From Adineta ricciae (Eukaryota), in the NCBI GenBank assembly GCA_905250025.1, contig CAJNOJ010000062.1, forward strand, positions 301,974-365,973: 64,000 nt of DNA. Reading direction: 5' to 3'. The position numbers were made by a program, and so were the translations under genes. The notes beneath the pieces were generated by a model, which was not told the DNA's origin, ran no database searches, and saw only the letters and a program-made list of their open reading frames with translations. This document shows positions 1 through 12,039 of the stretch, one piece after another (within the stretch, counting starts at the first letter, position 1; each line of letters opens with the position of its first letter).

Positions 1-193
1 ACTAAGGATTTTTACTGAGATCGAAGTTTCTCTCGGGATCGAACTATATTGAAATTAATCTTAACACGCACTTTATTACGCACATACGTCAATGGCAATC
101 TCTCAAACACCTGGATTAAAATCTAACAAACAATATTGATCAGACAAAGCGAATCTCGCGAGAGTTCGAGAAACTATTTAATTCAATAGCTAC

Positions 194-1879
194 TTGTTTT
201 CATACATTTCACTCAAAATGCTCGTCGTCATCGTGTTTACGTTGTTATTATCAAATATTGTCACAGCTACCAATAATAACGGTCAAAATTTGGTAAAGTT
301 TAATGAAGATACGTTAGCTAAATTACGTTTACCGACGCATCACTTTTCATCAAGCAAAATGTATCAAGAATATGAATTATTCAATGATTATCAATGTGCA
401 ATTGAATGCTTAAAAGATAAAACAGTTTGTACTGCTTACTTATTTGACAGTACCACTAAGAAATGTTCGTTATTCGATGATACAAAGCAGAAAACCGATG
501 ACAATATCACCGAATTGGTATAGTATTGAAATTCATCATCTATTCAAGCATAACGTTTTGGAAAATTTAGCGAGAAAAACTAAGAACTAATGCGTGTGAT
601 CAATTGCAATGTAAACCGGACGCTGTTTGTCTTGGTGAAAATGAACCCAAATGTGTTTGTTTGAACGGAGCATCGACATCAGATAACTGCGATTATATAG
701 GTCAGTTGTTTTTGTTCGATAAATTTCTAAACTGTCTTGTATTTGTTCAAATAGAAATTGGTGTGTGGGGTGATTTCAATGATTGGTCTGGCTGTAGTTC
801 GACATGTGGTGAAGGTTATCAATATCGTAAACGAGATTGTCTGTCAGCAGATGATAAAACCAAGAAGATTTCGAGTGACAAATGTACTGGTAAAGATGCT
901 GAAATTCAACAATGTACGATTAATGAATGTCCAAGTGAGTGAGAGTTACTGGAACTATCAACAGATCGACTTTTTCTGTCTAAAGCTTATGGGCAATGGG
1001 CACCGTGGACGCCTTGTTCAACTTTCTGTGGTATTGGTATTAAACAACGTAATCGTTCGTGTGTACCACCTGGATCAAATTGCGGAAACTATACATTTGA
1101 ACAGCGAGCATGTGGTGAAGCAAACTGCCAGCGTGTTGTTGGTAAAATCGGATTTTCCACTTCATTGTAAACTTGTTAATCTATTGCTCTTTGGAAATAG
1201 GTATTAAAGAAACGGACTCCGCAAAATATCCTACCAAAGGTTATTTAGCTATTCGAGAAGGTGATATCTTATGTATTCCACAAAGCAGTAATGAAACAGC
1301 AAAACATATGGCTGACTTAGTAAGACTCTACCTGTGCTATCGTCTAACACTTTCATATTTTTAATAGGTTTGTAAATCTATTGGTTCGACTCGTGGAGCC
1401 CAATATGGTGAACGAATCCTTAGAGATTTTATTTACTCTATGATAAATTATTTTATTTCTTTTTAGCTGTTCTTACGCCTGTTGGATCGAACTCAACATG
1501 TTATCCAGGTATTCTCTGCGATGGTACAGAAAGTAATTTTCATGAATGTAAATATGAACGTCCACAAACTACAATTGATCATGGTGATTTGTTTGCAATT
1601 ATCACTCGTTGTATCAGTAAGATTGTATTTTCCAAAATAAGTTCTCTAAAAATCATAGAAAATGTCTATTTAGTTGATGGTGGATTTTCTCCGTGGTCTT
1701 CATGGTCTGCATGCACAAAATCTTGTGGAACTGGTGAACAAACTCGTTCTCGAACATGTACACAACCATCACCATCCATGCTCGAATCCGGATTTAATTC
1801 TCAAAATTCGTCTTTGGCTGGAATGAACTGCACAGGAGATTTCACGCAAGTTAAAACTTGCAATGAGCAACAATGTTAA
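194..1879 (+). CDS. Secreted multi-exon protein: signal peptide + PAN/apple-like Cys domain, EGF-like module and three thrombospondin type-1 repeats (TSR)
   Basis: Exon-like ORFs at 194-523 (hydrophobic N-terminus MLVVIVFTLLLS, PAN-like CAIECLKDKTVCTAYLFDSTTKKCSLF), 604-700 (EGF-like CKPDAVCLGENEPKCVCLNG), 758-942 (TSR WGDFNDWSGCSSTCGEGYQYRKRDC...CTINECP), about 978-1142 (TSR WAPWTPCSTFCGIGIKQRNRSCV), about 1480-1610 (C-rich CYPGILCDGTESNFHECKY) and 1676-1879 (TSR SPWSSWSACTKSCGTGEQTRSRTC...CNEQQC, stop). GT/AG boundaries are visible, e.g. donor after DYIG at about 705 and acceptor caaatag before 758. Internal boundaries approximate. Confidence 0.75.
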
Positions 1880-1950
1880 AACATAAACACATCTTCTTTC
1901 TCTCTTTCTTTCTTTCATTTTATTTGCAATAAGAAACATTCAAGATACAT

Positions 1951-2946
1951 TTAACGGAAATATGCGTGGACTGTCCAAACACGATTGTTGGTTGTTATTC
2001 GTTTATGTCGATACATAGCAAATGAACCGCGAAATGACGCATTGGTCGCAGCATATAAAATAGGAAAGACTACACATTTAACAATGAGAAAATAATAGGT
2101 AATTTGTAGTGTACGCTGAATTGTTTTCGTGTTGACAAAAATGATCAATATTCGAATGCTTATCCATGGTAAACAAAGACAGAGGAAAGCTAAACTTAAA
2201 CTTAATACATGCCATGTCATTTTCTTTGCAACTAAATATTCTCTACGATCAATGGAATCGAGTCTTCTTGGCCGTCGCTGACACAGATGACGAATAAGAA
2301 AAGTATTTCCAAGAAAAATACACAAGAGTGGAAACGAAAAGATCAAACCGATTTCTGCGTAGGACATCCATAGTGGATGGTGGATTGAGGTTGCATAGGT
2401 TGTACAAAATGATGTTTGGTTTGTTGTTGATGATGTCACTGTCAGAAGATAACTTGATGAATTGATCATAAATGGAATACCGTAGAAGACAAACAAAGAG
2501 AGCCATATTGTCAGAAGTAATATAATGATATATCTACGCCGAATCGGTTGAAATGCTTTTTTTAAATTGTACAAACGAACAAAAATCATAAAGAGAATAT
2601 TATAGATAATACAAGCTATTGAACAGGATTCTCCGATGGTTAATGCAGCACACAATCTGGATGTTAGGGGCTTATCGTATGCGCTGATGAAACGCATCGG
2701 AAGAACGAAACTTCCGATAAAGAGGTCCACAAATGCCATGCCCAAGACGAACATATTTGACCAATGTTTCCCATCCGAACGAACGATGTAGGTTACGAAC
2801 ACACAAACCTACAATTTCATTTGAATATGAGCGTAAACGATGTTCTCGGAAAGCGAACTTACATTTCCAATGACAATTGCAGCGATCAATACCAATAAAG
2901 CAAGTTTTTCAGGTACAGATGATGAATCTTCGTATTCTATTGCCAT
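1951..2946 (-). CDS. Rhodopsin-like 7TM G-protein-coupled receptor, 2 coding exons (2946..2863 and 2808..1951)
   Basis: Exon 1 is ATG at 2946..2944 encoding MAIEYEDSSSVPEKLALLVLIAAIVIGN (start of TM1), donor GTAAGT at 2862. Acceptor tgtag before 2808. Exon 2 is the 1951..2808 ORF with GMAFVDLF (TM2), later TM helices and an NPxxY-like FPILYAATN. About 313 aa in total. Confidence 0.7.
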
Positions 2947-3637
2947 TTTACTCTTTGAAAAAAAAGTGAAGTAGATAGATTGCATATATAACTTAACGGA
3001 GAATGACGAAGTTAAATTTTCGGATGGTGATTGTCAAGTGGGCGAATACGTGACTTTATTGATAAATTACACTTTACTTTTCCAAAATGTCATAGCAGCG
3101 AGCAATTATATATCAATAGAATATAAATCAAAAATTTTCTTCTTACATTTACGGTGTGTTTATTAACAATCATTGACGAACGATGAATTCATATTATTCA
3201 GGAAGACTACAGTGCTAGGCAACGGTATGTGTGCTGTTTACTGCGAAGAAATTACCGTCCATTAAAATGAGTGTTTAATACTTTGACATCGTTTCTAGGT
3301 GTTCAAAGTGTGACATATTGAATATCAACGGAAATCATGTAGAATACTAGAGAGCATCTTTACCGTTAGATTTTTTTTAGAGATTTATGTGAAAGATGGT
3401 TATCAATTGAGATTGTTTTTCTAAAACTCGTGTTTATTTATAAATTGATGCAAAGGAAGGAAAACGGACAATATATCACAGTGATCAATCAGATAAAAAC
3501 AATTCTATTTCTTCTTAGAATTAGGTCTGCTGGACGATTTCGAGCTACGTTTCTTTGCTCCAGATCTGACTCGAACTGACGTTGTGTTCACTGACTAAAA
3601 CATCAAGAAAGTAATTCGGACAAAAGGTAAAATTGCA

Positions 3638-6600
3638 TCATACTAATGAGGCTAGTGACGTCGAAGTAGAAATGGCTGATCCATCGTCTTGCATAGGTAA
3701 ATGTGCAAAGGCGTTAGCGAGTAACCTGAAATCCTTTTTCTTAAACAACTGTGCATTACGATAGAGTATACCAACAATTGATTGAGATTTATAAAATGAC
3801 TTATTATATTTCATTAAAAAATCAGGATAACATTGTCCATATTTTTTACGAATAGTTTGAATACGACTTTTATCAATTGTATAACCAGTTTTACCCGAAT
3901 CAACTAGAGTGTAGAACTTCGTCATTGTGAACTGCAAAGAAACTTAACTTACTAGCTGAAGCGAACATTCGTGCCATCTCGATAGCTAGTTTTTGACACG
4001 TACGTTGCGAATGCTTTTCCTCGTTCTGATCGACAATTACCGTATGTAAATTGAAAACTTCCCCATAACTTGTTGCGCCTAATGTTGAAAGATAATAATT
4101 AATAACATCTTCAACCGAGATCGGTGTTGGGTGTTTAATCTTCTTCTCAGCTGTGTAATCCAATGGCGGAACTGAAGATCGAAGTTGAAGTTCCGAACCC
4201 CAATAAACCTGAATTCGAAAAAATGTTTAATAAACAAACAATAAAGTCAATTATGAATACTTACAAAATATTTATCACCATCCAAATCGGAACCTGCAAT
4301 CTTATGAAAATCAGGTCCTAAATGTATTTCAATAATTTGATTGTGTACAAGCAATCGACTTCATTTCTACTTACGATCGCCTTTTGTACTAAAAACGATA
4401 ACATCATGTAGGTCATGTAGTTCAGGTAGATCAACAGCATTTAGCACTAACATATCCCCGGCATAAGGACTAAAATTGCAGTGTTATATGGTTTGAAGTC
4501 GTGTCGAATGAAAATTACCATGGATTTTTTGTTACAATGACTTTTCCTTCAACAGATTTATACTGCCGATTAGGGAAAGATTTTTCGTTTTCATCAAGAA
4601 CTTCATAACGAATGAAACAAGTTCCTGTTTCTAGTTTTGTTTCAAAAGCACATCCGAACATATATCGACATTCGTTCACCGGTAACGGAATTTTGTTTTT
4701 TAATAAGTTACTAAATACAGATCAATCATTATTTATATCAACAGAACGCCGAATCCGTACTCAGGGTGAATATACTTTGATGAGGCATTATCGAACCATT
4801 TTTTCTGTAAACGAAGAAAAGTTTCATTTGATACGCCAAGATCTGACATGAGAAGGATGATCTGATTATTTAGTCGCGTTGGTGCTGACCAAAAGAAAGT
4901 CAAACGTTTTTTCTATAACAAACGAATAGATTCATCATACTCGCTACGCTACGTTCACAAATTTCCAAAGTCCAATCATTACATCGGAATTTTTGCATCG
5001 TCGGTCGAATTTTAATGTATAACTCATTAATACTTGATGCAGGATCCACAACTAGAAGACCTTTACAACCAGCCATTCGAATTTGGTAAGCGGACGGCAC
5101 TGTCTATGAAATATACCACGAATATTGTCAAAACAGATCAGATATGTAACTATCGCTCTCAACATACTGAAGCACCTTTAGCTATACGTCGTGCCAAACC
5201 TTTGGAAATCAATCCATTGCCATCGGTGAAAGAGAATCCATTCCGTTCGATGTCATCAATACTTCTGACACATATTTTTCCTTGTTGAATACGTTGGTTG
5301 AAGTCTTGTTCGGTTTCGCAATAAACCAGTTCGATCTGTAAAGGATCAGATGATTTCAACATACATGATTGTATCTACTCACTCCTGTTGAAAGACTTTT
5401 ACTAAACCATAGTCCTAATCTTGCTACATACGTTCCCAAATTGTCAATCTGATTCAATTCCCCTAGCTGTGCCCGTTTCTCTTGAACATCAATCAATGAT
5501 GAAGCCTTGATAAACCAGAACACATGTTCTTTGATTTGTGAATTCGATGATCCAAACAAATGAAAACGATCTCGACCAATCTCAATGCCATTTGTAAATA
5601 CGTGCCGGAAATGATCTGTATCTTCGTTCAGATAGGAATCAGGTGGATCGGGTTTTAAATAAACAACACAGAAATTCTTGCTACCACCGAATGCTTTATG
5701 ACGCATAGCACGATGTCCGATAGTGTCTTCGTCCTTTGGCATGATAGAAATACGTGTTGGAGTTACATGAATAACACCAGTACGAAATTTATGAATTTTT
5801 GTCTAAAACAATCAGAGATCAGATGAACGTTCGAAGTATTACTGTTGACTTACTGATACAGCAATTTTATCGAATTGTTCTTGGTTGAAGATAGTTGTCA
5901 AATCGAGCCAATGACATTCTTGAAGATTCTGAAAAGCTTGTACTGCTAACTGATAAAAACGTTCTTCATTTTCTTCAGATAATTCAACCATTCTTCCTTG
6001 CAGCTGATCGTTCATCAGATATTTATCATCAAATAAATATCCCAATGAATGCAGCAGCGCCATCGAATAAGTAGCGTCGGTAGTTGGATACCAATTAAAT
6101 TCAATCGTATCCCATGATTTACATGAACTCTGTTCGATGGAAATGTTTGTATAGACGATATCATCTTTACATGTGTGTCGTAGATAATCAAGAAACTGAT
6201 CAGCGAAAGCTTTCGAAGCAATACGTATGACTATTTCACTGCACCGTCGAAGCGACATGATCAGTGGATCATGACCGTTTAATCTAAACGTAGATTTATA
6301 GAACTAAATGAATAGTTTAGTTCACCAATAGATTTCACATACTTCGAACTTCGTCTACCATTTATGATCTGTTCTGCTTTTATCAATTTATTCATATTCA
6401 TTATGATATTTGTATGAGTACTAGTATCGACAACGAAGATTTGTGTTTTGATTTGTTTCATTAATAGAGTAAAACAGACCGTCACTGCTGAGCCACTTTG
6501 ACATTCTATTCGGCAAGTTTTTTGATCAAGTACCATTGTCCATCGTGGTGTGTCATCGAATGGTAAATCTATGCTATGGACGATGAACTTTGAAGTCGAT

Positions 6601-6990
6601 AGTAAAGAACCGAATGAAACATGAATGTCGTCATCAGTTTGGTTATAAATTGATTTACACGCATATCTAGGATCACGAGGTACGTTCATTGAAAACCAAA
6701 TTTGAGGATACTGATGCGCGAGCTTGACAAGATTCGAACGAATTTCGTTCGCTTTTGTTATTTGATGTAAACAAGAAAGTCGTGCTTTATTTTTATTCCA
6801 TTTTGTGCGAATGTCGAAAGTTGAAGCAATGCAGGCACGCGCATCAGCGGGTACATTGAAAAAAGTACATCTAATAGATCCTCTAAAGAATACAAAAATG
6901 ATTGGAGTTTAGACAAATTCATCACTACATAAAATACCAACTTTTGCTCGGTCATCATTTGCGAATAAAATGTTTTTCTTTCTGTTGACA
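3638..6990 (-). CDS. Cellular (eukaryotic-type) RNA-dependent RNA polymerase, RdRP/RDR family, about 10 exons
   Basis: Minus-strand exon ORFs at 3638-3937, 3900-4163, about 4270-4330 (GSDLDGDKYFV, the DxDGD catalytic motif, followed by donor GTAAGT), about 4400-4560 (SPYAGDMLVLNAVDLPELHDLHDVIVFSTKG, matching the PChHPGDhR region), 4900-5100, 5356-5742 (RDRFHLFGSSNSQIKEHVFWF, the RdRP hallmark R..F.FSSSQLRE..WF), 5839-6258 and 6279-6900 (N-terminal domain). Stop at 3638. 5' end unresolved, somewhere at 6900-6990. Confidence 0.8.
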
Positions 6991-7759
6991 CTCTACGGTT
7001 GAAAACGAAAGTAAACTACAGTAAAACAACATTCCCTTTTTTCCCCGTTAATCAATTATTCACTGGGTTTTTTTTCAGTCGCAACTCTCAAAACAGCGAA
7101 TGAGATTATTCACATTGAGAGATTCTCATTACCAATCGACACCGAGATCTGAAATATGCAGAGATTTCGTGCAAGAAGTTCATTTCCTGTTGTAAATAAA
7201 TAATAACTTAAAGAATAAAGGTAAATCGATAAAATAAAAATATAACACGGTTAACAAAGAAGAGATAGCAAACAAAAAATAATTTTCAAACAAAAAAAGT
7301 CAGTTCTCAAACAATATTAATAATCAACGTCGAGCATGATTTTGTTCTTTTTCTCTCTCCGAATCATCAATTGAGATTACAACGTTCGACTAGAGTATTC
7401 GTCTTAACTCAGCTTATGGAATGTAATCTAAGGCGCATAGTGAACATGTTTAAAATGCAATAACAGATTTAAAAAAAAAGTCAAATAAAAAGGAAGCGAG
7501 TAATGAATGTTTGACTATGAGCTAGATTATTTCGTCATCGATTATGGAGTTAAAACTGCTCGTTCGAGGTGCCATCGTTGTTTAGGATTATTTTCTTGCT
7601 GGCATGGTGCTAGAAGAGAATTGTTCATATAAAAACGATTTTTCAGCAATTCGACTTACTAAGTAACACTTTGCCCGATTGAGCTTTCTCATCAACCGTC
7701 ATACATTGACTAGATTTGACGTGTTTCATATGCTTCGTCTAGAATTATAAATAGTCGAA

Positions 7760-10614
7760 GAATGAACATTATCAATAGTGAGAGGAAAGCTACTTGGTTG
7801 TCGTAATTCCAGGTTTGTCTATTATTTCCATTGGAACATTTCTGTAGTTTAACAACCGTGTTTGCAATAGCTTCCAAGCAGAGATCATCAAAACGAAGTT
7901 GTCCGTTCTTGGAGTGGATTAAAATCTATGGAAAATGAAAACATCTCAGCAAATTTCATGATAATCTTAAACTAAAGTGTGTAAATAGAAAGAAAACGTA
8001 AATGTAATAATGTGTTAGTTTCGATTAATATGTGAAAATATTTGAAAACAAACATGCATCGATTTGAAATTTCTGATCTACTCGATCTTTCGTTTGTATT
8101 CAAATCTGCTGCATTTCAGATTTCAAATACGACATATGTTTTCATGCAAATCAACCTGTGTTCTATTCTCAGCTAGGAAGACAACGGCAAACAATCATGC
8201 AAAACGGAATAATGCAGATTTTCTTTTACATGCTCTATTTTCCAACCTGATTTATCGCTGTCAAAGGTGAATCTGTTCGATCCAAACAGCCTTGCATGTG
8301 AAGTGCAGCTGTATGATTTGTCTTTTGACTACTGAATCCATTACGAACAGTCAGGCAACCTCTCAGTTCGTTACGTATCTAAAACAAATCGAAGAAAACC
8401 GATTAATATACACACCTGATTGGTACTTTTATGTTGACAAGGAGAAATGCCTGCGTTTTGATTCGCTCCATTGTCAACATTATAGCCCAGTGAATCAGCA
8501 CAACCGAATCCTTCGTTTCTTAACTAATTAATGTGAGAAATAGAGGTTGCAGATAAGATAATAAAATTCAATCTAAATGATGACCACAAGAATAAAGAGG
8601 AATAGACTCACCGCTCCGACGTGGTGGAAGTGTATCGGCATTGACGTTTCAGGATAGATGTTTTCTAGGTACCATTGAAAATCTTTACATTGAAGTTGTT
8701 TTCGTAACTGAAGACGTTCAGATACATCACCGGCTTCCACTCGTTTCAAGTCTATATGAATAATCAGGATGCTTGAGGTCAGTAACAGAAGAATACGAAC
8801 CAGGCATAATTGTGTAAATGAAATCTTTGTATTTATCAAGCCATACTTCTACAAGTCGTTTGTTGTTATGAAAGATTACAGTTCCTGTACCACCAGGAAA
8901 TGTGTATGGCGTTTGTTTACGAAAAACATGACCAACATGACTACCTGGAGGAATGAAAAGAAAACGAAAGGAATTTGATCACATTTGAAACTGAATACGG
9001 ATGGACTTACATGGATGGATGAGAACTTTGCCACCACATTGCCATACACGAAACGACATTTCCAAATTTTCACCACCCCAGACTTCCATACCCGGATCAT
9101 AAGCTCCTATTTCATAAAAATACGCCCGATTAATTGTAAACAAACCACCAGCCATAGTTGGAGATCTATGAAATCGTAAATAAGATTTATCTAGGAAGAT
9201 CAAGGCTTTTTTCGTACAGTAATGGAAGTGAATGATCATTATTTCGTCGAATTTCCTCTCGTTGTGGAACTGGATACCAACGAAAATTCAATCTCCAATT
9301 AAATCCACCCTGAAGAGATAAGAGTTCCAAAACATTAACTTCAGACATGGAATTTTTAACGTACCCAGGTCATGTCACTACCAGTTAAATAAGCAAAATC
9401 GTTATCGCTAATGACATCGATAATCGGACAGACAACTGCCGATCTAAAGAATAAAAGTCAATTCTTCATGTGGTCAGTGCAAGGTAATATCATGCCTATC
9501 TTTTTTCACTTCATACAATAAATATTCCAGCCAACCAGGTGAACATTCGATGTGTGCATCGAGAAAAGTCAATGTATCGCCCGATGCTACTTCAGCACCT
9601 GAAATCCAATGAGAACAATTTTACATGACTGTACTAATCGTATGTGACTCTATACCTCGCAGACGAGATTTCATAAGTCCTAGTCGATCATTATTTCTTA
9701 GTACATGAACTGATACTGGCAAATTTTTTATGAATGTTTCCAATGTATCTTTTAAATATACTAAAAAAAAAGAGTAATTAAAATAAAAGAAATGGAAATC
9801 AAGTAAATGCTTTACCTCGATTGACACTAGCATCGTCGACCAAAATAATTTCTTTTATATATTTTATTGGACTGCGCAGTATGATACTTGTTAATGTACG
9901 GAGTAATGTTGAATTGCCTTCATTATGAAATACAATAACTATTGATGTAGTTGGTAAATCATCTGGAAATTTATGCGATAAGCAACTACAGTGGAAAGAA
10001 ATGAGCTTTTTTGTCAAATGAAAGTGTATATATACCTCGGTGATCGTTGATCTCTTATTGTTCGATTTAGAGCGACAAGGTCTGAAGCAAGAATATTAAA
10101 TTGGTTCTCTAAGAAACGCCGTTTTGCTTCTGATTGTAAGTCAGCAGGTATGACGACCGCACGACCACCTTCACCATGCCAATTAGGTGGATTGGTTGCA
10201 CCTAATATAACGAAAAGCAAAACAGTCTATTTTATTCTTCAGTTTATAATTCAAACCTGGTTCAATTTCCCACCATCGACGAATAGCATTTGTCTTAGCT
10301 ATGACATTTGCTATTCCATCGCCAAATCGTGTTCTATTTCGATATTTTCTTCGATTGATACCCATCGTTGGCTGTACTGGAAGACTATGATGAACTGTAT
10401 ATGAATGATTATCAACTGATAATGCTGAGGTTTGCGGACAAGGAACAATAATTTTTTTCGTACAATCAGAGAATAACATTATAAAAAACACGTCAATAAA
10501 TATCCAAAATAACGATGTATATATAATTATATGCAGATATTGTCGTTTCCATAGTCGAAAACGTTTGAATAGAATATCACTTGGCGTTGATTGATAAGGT
10601 GAGAAAGGATTCAT
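7760..10614 (-). CDS. Polypeptide N-acetylgalactosaminyltransferase (ppGalNAc-T, GT27), type-II membrane protein with C-terminal ricin-B lectin domain
   Basis: ATG at 10614 (MNPFSPYQ...) with signal-anchor [26 protein letters not shown] core exons [30 protein letters not shown]...ILVDDAS (9799-10017), [19 protein letters not shown] (9621-9833) and [15 protein letters not shown] (about 9480-9600). Gal/GalNAc-T motif exons [26 protein letters not shown] (8979-9239) and [21 protein letters not shown] (about 8840-8960). Ricin-B QxW exon RQTWNY at about 7790-7920. 3' end approximate. Confidence 0.8.
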
Positions 10615-11620
10615 GGAGAAGCACCCAAATTGATTATTGTTCTATAAGATAATGATATGAGTTAGATGAAAATCTGAAAAAAAAACGACATCTGATGAAT
10701 GCGTGTGTAACGATCAATCCGTTCAACATATCAAGTTGAGAGAGAACTTCTTATGCGAAACAAACTTGATTATATTGTTCTATTGACAAAGGAATTCAGA
10801 ATACTTAGACAAATAGAAATAGCGAGAAAACTATTATTTCCTGCCGAAGACGTTCGTAGAGCGTAAAACAAATAAGCATGTAAGGCAAAATGAGGAAGTC
10901 GCATGCTTTCTTTTTTTTTCTCGACTCGACGTTGATCTTTTTCTGTGCACGTGGGAAGACGACAAATTAGGAATGACGTGTTTGCTATTAGTACAGGATT
11001 AAATTCTTTATGGTAAATTAGTGACAGTAGTTTTCAAAACATACGGCTACTTGATTCGATTTGCTGTTGTTTCAAACTACGCTTGTAATGGTAAAGACCA
11101 ACCAGAAGAAGATGAGTTTGATATATACATACATGATAAGAATACGACGACATATGGTAGTATAGATGGGCTTAGTTATTGATAGACGCAGAATCGACAA
11201 AGTGCGTATAAACGATACTTGAGAAAATGATATGACATCAATAGAACAGCAGACAAAAAGATTGTGAAACTTTTATGGCTAAAGTTTGCAATTGCTCGAA
11301 TGTCGTATTATTTTGTTGAGTGAATATTTATGAATGTGCGGCTTTTATATCCTTTTAATCGCATAGGCTTAGTGAGGCATTCAACTTTGTATTTTCTTTG
11401 ATTTAAAAATAATTGAGTAGTTATTTCATGGTTTATTTTCTACATCAAAGACAACAGACTTCAAACGAACTTTGAGCTCATTTTCATACCAGTTTATATT
11501 ATCAACAGTAGGAAGCTATTCTGCACATCATTAGAGAAAGAAGAAGAAGAAAAAAAAAAGGAAGCTTTGCTCGTAATTATTTGCTTCAACAAGAAATTTT
11601 TATACAAAAAAAAAGAATGA

Positions 11621-11848
11621 TTAAACTTTTGCTGGTCGTGTTTCTGTTCGTAGAACTTGAATGATTTGCGCGAGTGCATCAGGATGAACACCACTTTCAA
11701 GTAATCGAACGCACGCTGTTAATGTTTTCTTGTCAAGACCAGTGTTGAGAAGTTGAGATAATTCATGAAGACAATCCAATGCTTCGCGTGCTTCGTTCGT
11801 GGAAGATTCGCTTGCTGTTGTTGTCGACGCGGATTTGATAATCGGCAT
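11621..11848 (-). CDS. MZT1: Mitotic-spindle organizing protein 1 (MOZART1 / MZT1), 75 aa, single coding exon
   Basis: ATG at 11848..11846. The protein MPIIKSASTTTASESSTNEAREALDCLHELSQLLNTGLDKKTLTACVRLLESGVHPDALAQIIQVLRTETRPAKV aligns with the conserved MZT1 core (human [50 protein letters not shown]). Stop at 11621. Acceptor-like ttattcag 12 nt upstream of the ATG. Confidence 0.85.
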   Translation of the reverse strand: MPIIKSASTTTASESSTNEAREALDCLHELSQLLNTGLDKKTLTACVRLLESGVHPDALAQIIQVLRTETRPAKV

Positions 11849-12039
11849 GATGTGTTGATCTGAATAACAAAACAGATAAACTGAACATTTGTTTATTTCG
11901 AAGAAAACAGATAATAAATAAACGTGTTGTTTTCTATTCACATTAAAACAAAGAATAATTCCACTGTTGCACGACACAAAATGAAAACAAAATAGATAAA
12001 TCTGACCAGAAAGAAAAAAAAAAACAGAATAAAACAGAT

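Noticed and set aside
1375-1400. tRNA T-loop-like string ggttcgactcgtggagcc
   Set aside because: It lacks the GGTTCGAATCC consensus context, an acceptor stem and an anticodon-arm partner. It lies inside an intron of the TSR gene.
6758-6991. ORF 6758-6991 (MSTERKTFYSQMMTEQK...) as an independent gene
   Set aside because: The 'M' is a GTG. The region overlaps the 5' part of the RdRP gene, whose main frame runs through 6279-6900 in another phase. It is more likely RdRP 5' exon/UTR sequence read in the wrong frame, though the true RdRP start remains unresolved.
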